From: the human T2T-CHM13v2.0 reference genome, Homo sapiens
DNA length: 64,000 bases
Strand: one strand, 5' to 3'
Assembly: GCF_009914755.1 (NCBI RefSeq)
Contig: NC_060927.1
The first letter of the stretch is position 1. Every line of letters begins with the position of its first letter. Positions 1 through 13,200 of this stretch are shown here, in pieces. Below the pieces are notes generated by a model that saw only the letters and a list, made by a program, of their open reading frames with translations, had not been told where the DNA came from and ran no database searches. Both the position numbers and the translations under genes were made by a program.

Positions 1-124
1 AAAATCTGAGGCTGACATTAAAATTTCCTAAACTTTGAATGTAGTCCCCAACCCACACACACACAGTAATCTTCAGAAGGAAGTGTGGTGGGCTCAAGTG
101 ATTAAGCCCAATCTTTGCCCAATC

Positions 125-282
125 ATTAGGAAACATTTTAGGTATATTGAAAATATTCTAAATCTCAACAATGATGATTATTGCACATTACAAATCTATT
201 GAAAATCATTTTACCAGGTGCATTTACAGAATAGTTTCAATATATATTATGTAAGTTATACTTCAATAAATCTGTTTAAAAG
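125..282 (+). mobile_element. Old L1 (L1ME-like) 3' terminal fragment
   Basis: Decayed L1M 3'UTR end: aaaatattctaaatctc...gatgattattgcaca...tatgtaagttatacttcaataaa (resembles ttatacctcaataaa L1ME/MB terminus). Confidence 0.6.
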
Positions 283-441
283 AGGCTTCAAAATGAAATC
301 TTCTTTTAATATTTTACCAATGAAAAATTCACTCAAGCATTTTCACCTTTTATACATACAGGGTGATTATTCCAAATAGAAAATAATTCCCAAGCTCTTG
401 TCCTCTAAGTATCTTTTTCTTTTTCACTCAGTTACTTGCGG

Positions 442-479
442 AACTATTTTTCTAAAAAGGTAACTATTTTTCTAAAAAG
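442..479. repeat. Tandem duplication, 20-bp period
   Basis: aactatttttctaaaaag at 442-459 and again at 462-479. Confidence 0.9.
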
Positions 480-2082
480 AAGTTTATAAAAACAAAGATT
501 AATATTTTTTCATGTTAGAGCAGAGTTACTGTTAGAAAATGCAAAAATTTACAATTTTTCTTTCTGATATACTGATTTTTTTTCTCCTCAGAAAAACTAC
601 ATCTATGAGAGCTCCAGAATGTGTTAGCTACTTTCTCATGCCTAAGATGCTTGCTGTTAACTATTTCCACATGTAAATTTGCAGTCTTCCAGTCTGTACT
701 AGGCTCCAGGAGTTCTCAGGACTCCCTTTGTTCCTGATTTTATTATTGCAGCTAAAGAATCTGTGAATTCCATTTGGGGCAACTAGTTCCCTGTTCTGGC
801 TTTAGAATATTCTTCTGTAAGATGCTTCCATGCTATTGGCAATCTTTCCTCATCTTTCCAACCCTTTTCGGGGGGCTTACATGATCAAAGAGTTATGTTT
901 CACAGCTCCTTGTGGTTCACTTCCCCTCAGTCCGACTCTTTATCAAGTGTCAATGTGCCCTACAAAATGGATCTAGGGGAGAGAAATGGATGGATTCCAT
1001 TGATACTACTCATATCTCACCCCTGTTCCTAAGCTCCTCTCCTTTCAAACCTTCATATCTGCTCTTCCTGAGAGTCCTAAATGTCTCATGTCACCAGTTG
1101 TCCAGGAATTTTTAGGGTAGGCATTACTCTATCAGAACTCTAAGACCTTTTTCTGGCACCTTACTTTGACATGACCGAATATTATACAAGATATCAGTAG
1201 AACATGAGTGATTGATTATGCAGGAAACTGATGATTAGAACTGGAGTTTAAGCTGGAATTAGGGTTAGGGTTAGAGAAGAAAATAGCTATGCTTTGTAAG
1301 ACAGGAAGGAGGACTCCATAGGTACATTTCTTGTATTGTGAAAGGAAGGAAGATGACAAATTAGGCTTACAGATCTAGTGGTTGAAACTTTAAGAAATTC
1401 CATTCAGATGGTTTCTATCAAATAATAGTTGACGTTGTTAAGCTCTTTCAATGTAGGAAATATTGGGCTAAACAATTGTACATGTACTTGGTTATTTTTA
1501 TGGCAAAGAGCCAAGATACATATTGATATTTCATTTTATACTATCATATATTTATGAAAATACCGTTTTCTTGTTATTGTTACCTTGAATTGTTTATTTC
1601 TTATTACTTTTTGCTATTGCTCATATACTCTTTTTCTTTTTTCTTTCAATTCTGAAACGTCCTTTGTTATTTAAATCCTTTAAGTAATAAAGAGTCTCCC
1701 AATTTTATATCCTATAATAAAATTTTGGGGGGATTTAGACTTACTTTTTTCAGGGCCAGTCCACAAATATTTTCCCACCTTTTCTGCTTAATTATTTAAT
1801 ACTACATAGCAAAACTCATACTTGATACTTTATTATTTATATTCTATATTTATTTTAACATAGTTATATAATTTATATTCAGTAGTTACTTTGATTTCTC
1901 CATGGTATTTTGTGGGAAGCAAACAGTTTTGCACTTTGTCCTTCAAACTTATTTCATTATACGATCTTTTTACCATGCTTTTTTTTTTTTGACATCTTTG
2001 TGAATTCCTGCCTCATGTATGAAAGAACACCAAGAATAAACGCCTTATTGTGAAGAGAGTAGCAGTACAAAGCTTAGTGAAG

Positions 2083-2240
2083 GAGCCACTCTTGGGAGAC
2101 ACTTCACTGACTTTTAATAATGAACTTAAGTGTCAAAAGGTAGAAACATCCTTTTGACGCCATTAAGGCCGTATCTCAATAGGCATAAAATCAATGGAAG
2201 TGTCTCTCATTGTCACTTCCACTGTAATCATAATGGCTCA
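2083..2240. other. Imperfect palindrome/hairpin, possible ancient MITE-like or conserved non-coding element
   Basis: Arm 2096-2140 (gagacacttcactgactttta...cttaagtgtcaaaagg) is reverse-complementary to arm 2150-2206 (ccttttgacgccattaag...taaaatcaatggaagtgtctc), 9-nt loop; gagccac/atggctc extend it outward. Confidence 0.7.
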
Positions 2241-3320
2241 CAAGGAGAAAATAGAAAGAGAATCAGTGCTCATACTTTATCTGCTAAGCTTTTAGATTCT
2301 AAGGTTTTTAATGGAAATAATTTAATGTACAATTATCTAAGTTTTATTATTTATCATGAAAAATCTAAGATATGCTGAATTTTAAATGTTATGTGCCGAT
2401 GGGTGCTTCATTGATCCATACATTTCTTTAGTGTCACGTTCTAGAATAAAAGAAGAAAGATAAACGCCATGCCTATGTATAAACAGCTGTCAAGTTCTGT
2501 TGACGTTATGTTGACAAAATGAGATGTGTCGAAGAATTGTTACTTACATTACTGCCTGCAATGCCCCTGGATTCTGCTTTAGTAAGGTCTCTTGATGTCC
2601 CTAATTAATTACATGGCATACTTTCTGTCAAACTTTTTCATGTATAAAATAAACTTTCTATTCAACAAGAAAAAATAATGAGTTTCTTTTTTTGTGAACT
2701 GGTAAAAAGTTTGTTTATCGACTTCTATTTTAAGATGACACTAATGGTGTTACTGTTTAAATACTGCAGCCATAAAACTGAGGCCCAAATATATTTCTTC
2801 AACTGTCATTGTCAAATGACAATGTTAAATCTTGCTGTGTGTATATATACCTTCCTCTTTGACATAGTGTACTTTATATCATCTATGCATCTGGATAATA
2901 TTTTCTAGACTGTATTTTTTTCTTTATTTTTCCTCCTTGACTATATATAGAACATAATGCTAATGTATTTTTTCATGGATTCTGTAAAAATAATACCTAT
3001 GTCAGTGTTTTAAAATATAAACATTATAAAGTAAAAAGTTATTATTTTTGGTACAAAAACATGCAACATAAAATTTAGTATATAGACATTTTATATATAT
3101 AAATAATTTTACTAAATATTTTAGCTAATTATGTTAATATAAGGTAGTTCCCAGAGACATGTGATTTGTAATGGAAATTAGAAAATATTTTCTAAACCTT
3201 TGTGAAAATGGATTGGGGCAGTTAGACCCATCCCTGGTGATGGAAAGTCAAGTGGATGGTACCAACAGTCCAATTCATTCAATTAGTTTTCTAATTTGCA
3301 AAACTAAGGTTAAAACCTCA

Positions 3321-3679
<359 letters not shown>

Positions 3680-4064
3680 CTACCTTCTTCTCAATATTAT
3701 CAGGTTACCTGCCCTGTACTCACCTATTGATGATCTAACTGCCCAGAATGAGATCTATCATAGTCAGGACATCTTCACCTTTGTACAACCTGGAGAAACA
3801 AAGCGAGGTGGTGTTTGAGTCTCTCCTTCCCCCTTTATATCCTCTTCCGGTCCTCAGCATGCAAAAGTGTAGGAAAGAAGTGAATAAATCAGATTCCTAG
3901 TACAAATATTCTGTTTTTCCTCTTGATTTATTGCTAACATAACTTATGCTAAAATGTTTTCACATCAGAAAAATATAAGTAACCTTGATTAGAGCTTTGT
4001 AATTCAAGCCTAAGACATTTCTCCTATCCCAATTCCTCACCACTAGCAATAAATAAACAGTTAA

Positions 4065-4118
4065 AATGTATGAGGAAGGTTGGATAATGTATGAGGAAGG
4101 TTGGATGATGTTTGAGGA
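4065..4118. repeat. 21-bp tandem repeat, about 2.5 copies
   Basis: aatgtatgaggaaggttggat x2 followed by gatgtttgagga. Confidence 0.9.
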
Positions 4119-4219
4119 TAGCTCACAAGGATATTGCCAAACTCTGAATATATAATTCACATATGAATTGTTCTGGCCTTTAAGAAATTTATTGCAAAAA
4201 TGATGACAATTATTCTGAG

Positions 4220-4639
4220 TGTAATAGGCAGAATAATAGGCCTTCCAATAATGTCCATGTCTTAGTCTTCGTAACTTGTAAATCTGTTACATTCCATGGC
4301 AAAGGGGAAATATATTTGAAGACAGAATTAAAATTGTAAATCAGCTGATCTTAAAATAGTGAGGTTATCCTGGATTATTCAGATGTGCCCAATGTAACTA
4401 CAAAGGTTTCTAAAATACGAAGGGGAAAGAAGAGAGCCAGAGAAATGGAAACTTAAGAAGGAAGTGACCCAATATGGTTGGTTTTGAAGAACAAAGGGGA
4501 ACAAAAGCCAAAAAATGTGAGCAGCCTCTGGAAAATGGGTAAGATAAGGAAGGGATTTTTTCCCGAGAGCTGCCAAAAAGGAATGCAGCTCAGTTAACAC
4601 TATGACTTTAGCTTAGAGAGATCCATGTCAGTCTTCTGA
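4220..4639 (+). mobile_element. MLT1D-like MaLR LTR, 3'-truncated
   Basis: tgtaataggcagaataataggcc...ctgttacattccatggcaaaggg...aatcagctgatcttaaaatagtgaggttatcctggattat...gcagcctctggaaaatggg; stops at cttctga. Confidence 0.85.
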
Positions 4640-5760
4640 TCAAGGTACAGGCAGCCTCAGTGTCTGGTGGGGGCCTGTTCCTCATAGGTGGTGCCTTCTG
4701 TGTGTATTCACATGGTACAAGGTGTGTGTATATGATATGGTTTGGGTGTATCCCCAGCTTGCACTGTGCACCTGGGGAAAAGCTGCAGACACTCAAGGCC
4801 AGACCATGATAGCAGACAGGAGTTAGGCTATACCCTGCAAAGCCACAGTGGCAGAGCTACCCAAAACCATGGGAACATACCTCTAGCATCAGTGTGACCT
4901 GGATGTGAGACCTGGAGTCAAAGGAGATCATTCTGAAGCTTTAAAATTTGACTACCCCACTGTATTTCAGACTTGCATGGGCCCTGTAACCCCTTTGTTT
5001 TGGCCAATCTCTCCCATTTGAATGGCTGTATTTACCCAATGCCTGTACCCCCATTGCATCTAGGAAGTAACTAGCTTGCTTTTGATTTTACACGCTCATA
5101 GGTGGAAGGGACTTGCCCTTTTTCAAATGAGATTTTGGACTGTGGACTTTTGAATTAATGCTGAAATGAGTTAAGACTTTGGGGGACTGTTGGGAAGGCA
5201 TGATTTGTTTTGAAATGTGAGGACATGAGATTTGGAGGGGCCAGAGGCAGAATTACATGGTTTGGCTGTGTTCCCAGCCAAATGTATCTCCCAGAATTCC
5301 CCTTTAATGCGGAAGGGACCCAGGGGGAGGTAATTGAATCATGGGGGTTGGTCTCTTCCATGCTATTCTCATGATAATGAATATGTCTCATGAGATCTGA
5401 TGGGTTTATCAGGGGTTTCTGCTTTTGCTTCTCCCTCATTCTCTCTTGCTGTTGCCGTGTAAGAAGTGCCTTTTGCCCCCTGCCATGATTCTGAAGCCTC
5501 CCCAGCCATGCAGAACTATATACCAATTAAACCTCTTTTTCTTCCCAGTCTCAGGTATGTCTTTATCAGCAGCATGAAAACCGACTAATACAGTACCCTT
5601 TCTTCAACCTCCTTTATAAAGACACTAATCCCATTCATGAAGCCTCCATCCTCATGACTTTTTCATTTCCCCAAAGGCTCTGCCCCTCAATAACCTCTTG
5701 TTGGGTATTAGATTCTAACATAGAAGTTTCAGGTGGACCACCGACATTCAGACAATAGCA
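4638..5760 (-). mobile_element. MSTD/MLT1A-like LTR, split by THE1A (pieces about 4638-4732 and 5593-5760)
   Basis: gatcaaggtacaggcagcctcagtgtctggtgggggcctgttcctcataggtggtgccttct ... tttataaagacactaatcccattcatga...acattcagacaatagca terminus. Confidence 0.8.
4733..5592 (+). mobile_element. THE1A element with large internal deletion: 24-bp 5' LTR stub (4733-4756), 3' internal region (4757-5252), 3' LTR (5253-5592)
   Basis: tgatatggtttgggtgtatcccca joined to THE1-int (gcttgcactgtgcacctgg...tgacctggatgtgagac...ggagtcaaaggagatcat); LTR has THE1A motifs tgtatctcccagaattccc and gggtttatcaggggtttc and ends gactaataca. Confidence 0.9.
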
Positions 5761-7540
5761 AGCCCCTACTCTCATCATGTGTAAATGGCGGCTGAATGCA
5801 GAAACTGGGCACCTCATCTGACCTGGCAATAAGGAGATGATAGTTCCCCATACCCTGCTGGAGCAGTGTCAGAGGACGCTACTACCAAAGAAGGTTTAAA
5901 TAAGGTTCAGTGTCTGATAATATAATACTCAAAATATCCAGATTTTAATAATAATGAACCATACCAGTCTCTGAGATATTATCAACATGGATGAATAGAC
6001 AGTCAATAAATGCCAACACCAAGATAGCAGTGATCTTAGTATTATCCAACAACGAGTTTGAACCAGTCATAATGAAAGTACTTAAATAAGCAATTATGAA
6101 CTTATACTTCCAAATATTTTTGAGGCCACTACATAACTGGAAAACAATATTTAAAAAGAGGCAAACTAAACACAAATATTATGAATATAATGTACAAATT
6201 CTTATCCAAATATGAGCAAATAGAACTTAGCAGTATATTAAAAGAATTAGACATCAAGGTCAAGTGAGATTTATTCCAGGGATGTAAGGCTAATTTAATA
6301 TTTAAAAATTCATTATAGTAATTCACTATGTTAATAGACTAAGAAGAAAAATCACATGATCATATTAATTGTGAAAAAAAACTACTTGACAAAATTCAAC
6401 ACTCATTTATGAGATCTCTCCACACAGTAGGAATAGAGGGAAATTTCCTAACCTTCATAATGAGCATCTAAAATCTACAGATAATACATTACTAAATGGT
6501 GAATAGCTGAATTCCTTTCTCTTAAGAGAAAAAAACAAGACAAAAATGGTCCCTCTCATCATTCTTATTCAGCATAATACTGGAAGTTCTAACCAGTGAG
6601 GGCAACAAAAAGAAATATACATCGGAAATGAAGAAATCTATATTTGCAGAAGACATAATTGTCTACATAAAGTAGCCGAAGAAATTGATGAAATAACTGG
6701 AACTTTATTAGTCAGCGAGCTCAGCAAAGTCACAGGAGACTTGTATGCTGATAATTCACAAAATGTTAGTGAAAGAATGCAAATTTAAAATGTTACAACA
6801 AAAACAAGAACAGCAAATACTGTTGATAAAAGAGAGAAAGTAGATGACACTTGCAGTGCTGGTAGAAATGTAAAATGATACACCCACTCTGGAAGACATT
6901 TTGGCAGTTTCTGATGAAACTAAACATGCAATTACCATATGACCCAGCAATTGCAGTCCTGGAAATTTATCCCAGAAAAATGAAAACTTATATTTATACT
7001 ACAATCTGGGCACATACGTTCATAACAGTTTTATTTGTAATAACTTGAAACTAGAATCGGCCCAGATGTCCTTCAGTAGGTGGATGGAAAAACAAACTGT
7101 GGTTCCTGCACACCATGGAATAGCACACTGCAATGAACAGGAAGGGACTGTTAATATACAGTAACCTGGATGAATTGCTACAGAATAATGCTGAATGAAA
7201 AACAGCCAACTCCAAAAGGTTACACTCCAGTTATACACCATTCTTAAAGTGACAAAATTATACAAATAAAGAACAGATTAATGGTTTCTCAGGGATGAGG
7301 AAAGAGTGGTGGAGGGTGGTTAGGAGGGAAGTGGATATGAGTATAAATGGTCAACTTGAGGGCTTTTGTGGTAATCTGTACCAATGTCAACATCCAGGAT
7401 GTTTTATTTCATCATTGTTTTGCAAGATACTACCACTGGGGGAAACTAGATATTATGAAAAGCATAGGGGGGCCACTCTATATAATTTCTTATAACTCTA
7501 TGTGAATCTGTGATTATCTCACAATAAAATATTTAATTAA
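5761..7540 (+). mobile_element. L1MC1/2-like LINE, internally deleted (5' end, ORF2 pieces, 3'UTR)
   Basis: ORF2 relics (caagtgagatttattccagggatg, gacaaaattcaacactcatttat, ctggaagttctaaccag); 3' end gttttgcaagatactaccactgggggaaact...tgtgaatctgtgattatctcacaataaaa. Confidence 0.85.
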
Positions 7541-9379
7541 CACATTCTAAGAAAATCACAAACAATACAGCTAAAAGATTGCTGACTATTTTGAAGTGAC
7601 TTTAGAATTTTGTATATATATTTTAAGGTAAATTATTTGGAATCTTTTTGGCAATTCCTATTTTAGTGTACATTTCCATGGATCATATTTTTTTGGGGTT
7701 TTTTATTTTTTCTTTTGTTATTTTTTATCAGTGATTTCATGTTTCATGTAATCAAATGTTCATGTTTTGAGTGTATATTTGGTTTTGGAAACAGTTTTGA
7801 ATAATTAAATCTCATGTCTAGTGAATGAAGCAGGCATTCAGCCTAGGGTAACAACTCTTTTGGTTAAAAACAAGATGCAATTATAAAGTAATTTGATTTT
7901 ATTTGTGATATTCAAACTGTCTCTGGAGCCAATTTCCAACAAGGTGTTATACTTTTAGCTGTGGTAGCATATGGATATGTGGAATTTTATTCCTTCTGGA
8001 ATTTGATTTAAACAGTATTTAGTAAAGTGATTTAAATACCTCCTTATCTATTGGATATCAGCAAGGAAATAAACCATGCACTAATGATTAAACAGCTTCT
8101 GTACACTTGTTACACAGTTCTGCATGCTTTTTTATTCAGTTACTAGCAAGATGCTGCACTGGCACAGCCTTACGCAAGATAAACTCCAAAGGAACAACTG
8201 AGAGAAAACAACAAAATGGAAAAAAACCTTAGAACCCACTGGATGATTTGAAGAATCATTATTATAAATCAGTGAGTGTGAAGCCATTGAGATGAGGATT
8301 TGCTTTTGCTGGAAGCAGTGCTATTACATCTGTGGGATAATTAAGTTGGAAAGGAACTTTAAGAGATCTTTTCTTTATCCACTGGCATTGGCTTAGGGGT
8401 AATTAGTTGCAATTTAGGGATCCTCAGGAATAAAACCTTGTAAGCAAGAAGTCCTACTCTGAGAAGGAAGCATAGAGTAAAGTAGAAATTGTAGGGGCTA
8501 ATTAATACAGTTTCCTTTCCAGTATTTCTTTTTCCAAATCTTTGAGCTTCTTCTATAATCTAAGCAATGCCCTCTCTAAATGCCACTTCTTCTTTAGGGG
8601 TTAAATGCTCATATCTGGGAATTAAAAAATAGATGCAAGAGTGTCTAGTCTCAATTTTTGCACTTAAATAACTCAGTTGTAAATATTTTACTTCTCCCTT
8701 AAAAGAAAGGTTATTTTCTCTAGATGACAAAAATATCGTTCCTTAGAACTAAAATTAGGGGTTCCTCTTGCCATTTAATAAACAGGTATACAAGAAAGCT
8801 ACTATATTGTCTAGATTAATTGACTCCAATTCATACACAATTGAGGGAAGAAAATTAAATCTGAAAGCTAGTTCTGCCAATGATTCTTATTCTTCAGCAA
8901 AGAAAGTTTGATTCATCTCATTAGGAAGGTTGACCAGCTGAGATACCAAATGAGGGAGAAGAAAATGTAGAATGGAGAATGAATATGAAAGTGACAAATA
9001 AAAACTATAGCCTTGAGACCAGTTACAGAAACAAGGACTGTAGAAGCTGTGGAACTTTTTTACTTTGTGCATTATGTACATTTTTAATATATTAAGCATT
9101 TTATTATTTTCCTTTTCCTTATTAACTTAAATTGCAAAAGCTGTCCATGGTTAGCTTTATGATTTTGTCTTTATGCTGTAGACTATTTAGATGTCTTGTG
9201 ACTATGTTAGTGGGGCAATTAACATTTCTAGAAATGAATTCATGGACTCGGTGCAGTTTTGGGAGAGTGCATCTTTGTATGAAGTCTAGTGGCTTTATGT
9301 TATTGAAAAATAAGATATGGTTTTATTGTTATTATATAGAAGATTACACATTGGTAGGCAGATCTATAAGGATACTATG

Positions 9380-9960
9380 TGTTCAAGAGTTTGGACTGTG
9401 CTGGAAAGCATTAGGTGCCTCTCATTTCCACACTTGCTCTCAGTACCTTGCTCTGTCTTGCCATGTCAGAGGTCTGTAAACTACATTTCCCAGATGCCCT
9501 TGCCAGCTGGTTTACTGCTCTGTTCTGTCAATGATCTGCAGGAAAAGAACTCCACTTTTCTATGATTCCTACTTTCAGTCTGGCAGTGGTGCTGTAGCAA
9601 GGATATGGCGGTGACGTTATTAACAGCAATAGCAGTAGTGGTGATGGAAACCCTGGTGGCAGTAGTGATGATGACAGCACTCTGGTGGCAGGAATGGTGG
9701 CAATCAAGAAAGCAGCAGCAGCCAGTGAATGCAGGCTTCTGGATTCTTTCTTAGTCACCCAAGTCTCCAAGAGAGCTGACTTAGTGTTACAGTGACTTGG
9801 GCTCTGGGTAGCACCATCCTATTGCTCTTTCCAGAAATGTGAAACCTTCCGCAATAATTAATTTGTATTTAACTTTACTTAGTTCCTTCTTGCCTCCAAT
9901 CATTTCAAACTTGGAAAAAAAAAAAACAAATAAAAAAACACGGAACACACAACTCAAGCT
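9380..9960 (+). mobile_element. LTR33-like ERVL LTR
   Basis: ctgtaaactacatttcccagatgcccttgccagctggttt...ttctgtcaatga motif followed by agcagtagtggtg-rich tract. Confidence 0.65.
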
Positions 9961-9999
9961 GTTTCATTTTTTTTTTCTGTTTGTATGCTGTCTTAACTT

Positions 10000-10215
10000 A
10001 CATAGCAAAGAGAGAAATTCTTGTGCATGTGTAGCTGAGGATAGACACAAGAATGCTCATTGCAGCCCTGTTAACATTACCAAAGACCTGTGGATAGCTC
10101 AAATGCCTGTTATCAGAGGTGTGATAAAAACTCAATGAGTATTATAGAGCTATCAAATAAATAAATATATCCACATGCAGCAATGTGGGTGAATCACAGC
10201 AATATGGCTTGTATA
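10000..10215 (+). mobile_element. L1ME 3' fragment (host of the L1MB insertion; resumes at about 13660-13990)
   Basis: agagaaattcttgtgcatgtg...caagaatgctcattgcagc...gcagcaatgtgggtgaatcac. Confidence 0.6.
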
Positions 10216-10219
10216 ATAC

Positions 10220-13200
10220 CTTTATTAAATATAATTCACAAATTCTAAAATTCACTGTTTTAAAATATACACTTCAGTATTTTAAAATATATTCACAGAG
10301 ATGTATTATACAATCATTACTCCTACTTTAGAACATTGACATCACCCCTCAAATAAATCCTATATCCTTTAATAGTTATTCCTGATTCCACATCCCAACT
10401 CCAGCCTGAGACAATCACTAACCTACTTTCAGCTTCTATACATATGCCTATTTTGGACATTTTATATGAATCACGTTATACAACATATGTTCTTTTGTGA
10501 CTAGCTTCTTTCTCTTAGCATAATGTTTTCAATGTTTATCCATATTGTAGCATGTATCAGCACATTATTCCTTTTTATTGCCATGTAATCTATTGTATGG
10601 ATGTGTCATATTTTATCTGTTCATCTGTCCTATGGATGATTGGGTTATTTCTACTTTTTTGTCTATAATGAATAATGCTGGTTTGAACACTCATGTATAT
10701 GTTTTAGTGTAGATGTAAGTTTTAATTTATCTTGGATGTAAAATTATTTATGAAATAGCTGAGTCATCTGTTATGTCTACATTTAACATTTTGAGGAATT
10801 GACAAACTTTTTTCCTCAGTGGCTGCACCTTTCACAATTATCATGCAATGTATAAGATTTTCAATTTCTTTGTATCTTACCAAGCCTTGTCAGTCTTTTT
10901 AATTTTGGCCATCCTCTTATGGGTATGAATGGGTATCTCATTATGGTTTTGATTTGCATAATCCTAATAGCTAATGATGTAAACCATCTTTTAATGAGTT
11001 CATTGGCCATTGTTACACCATCTTCGAAAAATGTTTGTTCAAGACTTTTGCTTATTTTAAAATTGTCATTTGGCTTTTAATTATTGAATTGTGAGAGTTC
11101 ATTAAATAATCTAGATACAAGTCCCTTATCAGATATAAGATATATGGCTTGCAATCATTTTTTTCCCATTATGTGGTTGGTCTTTTCACTTTCTTAATGG
11201 TGTCATTTGAAGCATAAAAATGTTTAATATTGATGAAGTCCAATTCATCTATTTTTTGTGTGTGTGGTTTGTTCCACTGATGTGGAACATCTCCTAATCT
11301 AAAGTTTCAGAGAGTTACTTCTATGTTTTCTTCTAATAGTTCTATATTGATATCTCTCACACTTACATCTGTGATTCATATTACATTAATTTTAGTGTAT
11401 GATGTTGGGGTTGAACTTCATTCATTTGCCTGTGCATGTTTAGTTGTCCCAGCACCTTTTGTTGAAAAACTATTCCCCATTTAATTGCCTTGGTACCATT
11501 GTTGAAAACAATTGACAATAAATATAAAAGATTGTTTCTGACTGTTAATTCTATATACAGTTAATAGATATGTATAGACATATGTACTGTTGATTCTATA
11601 TACACTTACTATGTATATATATGTATTTATCTCAAATTATTTATTAATTTATTTGTTCTTTATCCTTTGATGCATTATTCAGGTGTGTGTTATTTAGTAT
11701 CAACACGTTTGTGAATTTGCCAAAGTTCTTCTACAACTAATTTCTAATTTAATCTAAAAAACTGTTTTTAAAAAATTATGCTTTAAAATGCTTTAAAATT
11801 TTAAATGCTTTAAAATTTGTTGAGGCTTGTTTTGTGGCCTAAAATGTAACATATATTGGAAAACATTCCCTTTGCAATTGAAAAGTATATATTCTACCAA
11901 AGAGTCCACCCAACAACAGCAGAATATATACTTTTAGGGGGATATATGTCTTTTAGGGGGAGGACGCATACAGTGTATTTTATGTCTTACACTTTATAAA
12001 AATATTTTATCGGATTGTTCTATCCATTCTTAAACTTGGGGATATTGAAGTCTTCCACTGTCGTTTTTATATCCTGCATTTCTCACTTCAATTCTGTCAG
12101 TTTTTGCATTTTAATTTCAGACTCTTTTTAATCCTCAAAAAGTGCATATATGTCTCTAATTAGTACGCTTTCTTTATGGGCCCTCTGAGGCACTGATTAT
12201 TTTTCAACATTCCTTCTGTTACTGATATTGGATAACTTTGATTGATCTATCTTTATGTTGCTTGATTTCTTTGATTTCTTTTCTACCAGCTTAAATCTGT
12301 TACAGAGCACCTCGAGTGAATTTTTAAATTTCAATTATTATAATTTTTAACTTCAGAATATTTTGTTTGTTTTTATAATTTCTCTCTCTTTATTGATCGT
12401 CTCTATTTGGTGAGAAATCATCCTCAGTCTTTTCTTCAGTTCTTCAGATGTATTTTCCTTTGGTTCTTTAAACATATTTGTAGTAACTGGTTTAAAAGCT
12501 TTGTCTAGCATGTTTAAAATCTGGACTTCCTTAGGAACAGTTTCAATTTTTTTTTTTCTGTGCATGGATGTTTTTAGTTTCTGTGTTTGTCTTTTAACTT
12601 CTTATTGAAAACTGGACATTTAAAATGTATATATTGGTAATAGTATTGTTCTTCTTAAAGTTTGCAGTTGTTGATGTTGTTTCGCTGGGTTTTTTTAGGG
12701 ACTTTTAAAGATCAATTTTGTAAAGTTGTTGGTTTTTTTGTTTGTTTGTTTGTTTGTTTGTCTTTTGCAATTACTGAAGTCTCATTGGTTAGCTTAATGG
12801 TCAGCTAAGGGTTGGACAGAGATTTTCTTTTATAACTTGAACCTCAAGATTTCTTTCGTGAGGCGTGTGTGTGTGTGTGTGTCTGTGTGTGTGTGCCGGG
12901 ACTTTCATTCAACTGTATGGCAGTTTACAACTCTGCCTTAAGCTTCACTTAGTGCTTTTGCAGAGCCTCAATATTAGCCAGAGATGAAAGCTTAGGGCCT
13001 TCTCAGGATTCTCCTGTGTATGTACACAACTCTGCTCCTATATAGAACCTCATATAGTCTCAGGAAAATGTTGGAGCTTTTCAAGACTCCTAAAGTATTC
13101 TTACTCCTCATATTTATTTTCAAGTTTTCATGCCACCTTCCTATTTACTTCAATTGGCATTGCCCCTTTAGGCAGCTACAATGGTAAACAATTGCTGCTG

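Noticed and set aside
1259-1274. ttagggttagggttag as an interstitial telomeric repeat
   Set aside because: Only about 2.7 units; expected by chance, with no flanking signature
620-1420. Possible decayed LTR/L2 sequence; likewise 29900-30600, 31570-32950, 44780-45400 and 56560-56900
   Set aside because: Composition is suggestive, but I could not match diagnostic motifs well enough to name a family or set boundaries
11775-11820. atgctttaaa short tandem repeats; similar small duplications at 23800-23845, 32609-32650 and 49405-49452
   Set aside because: Ordinary slippage duplications with no further structure
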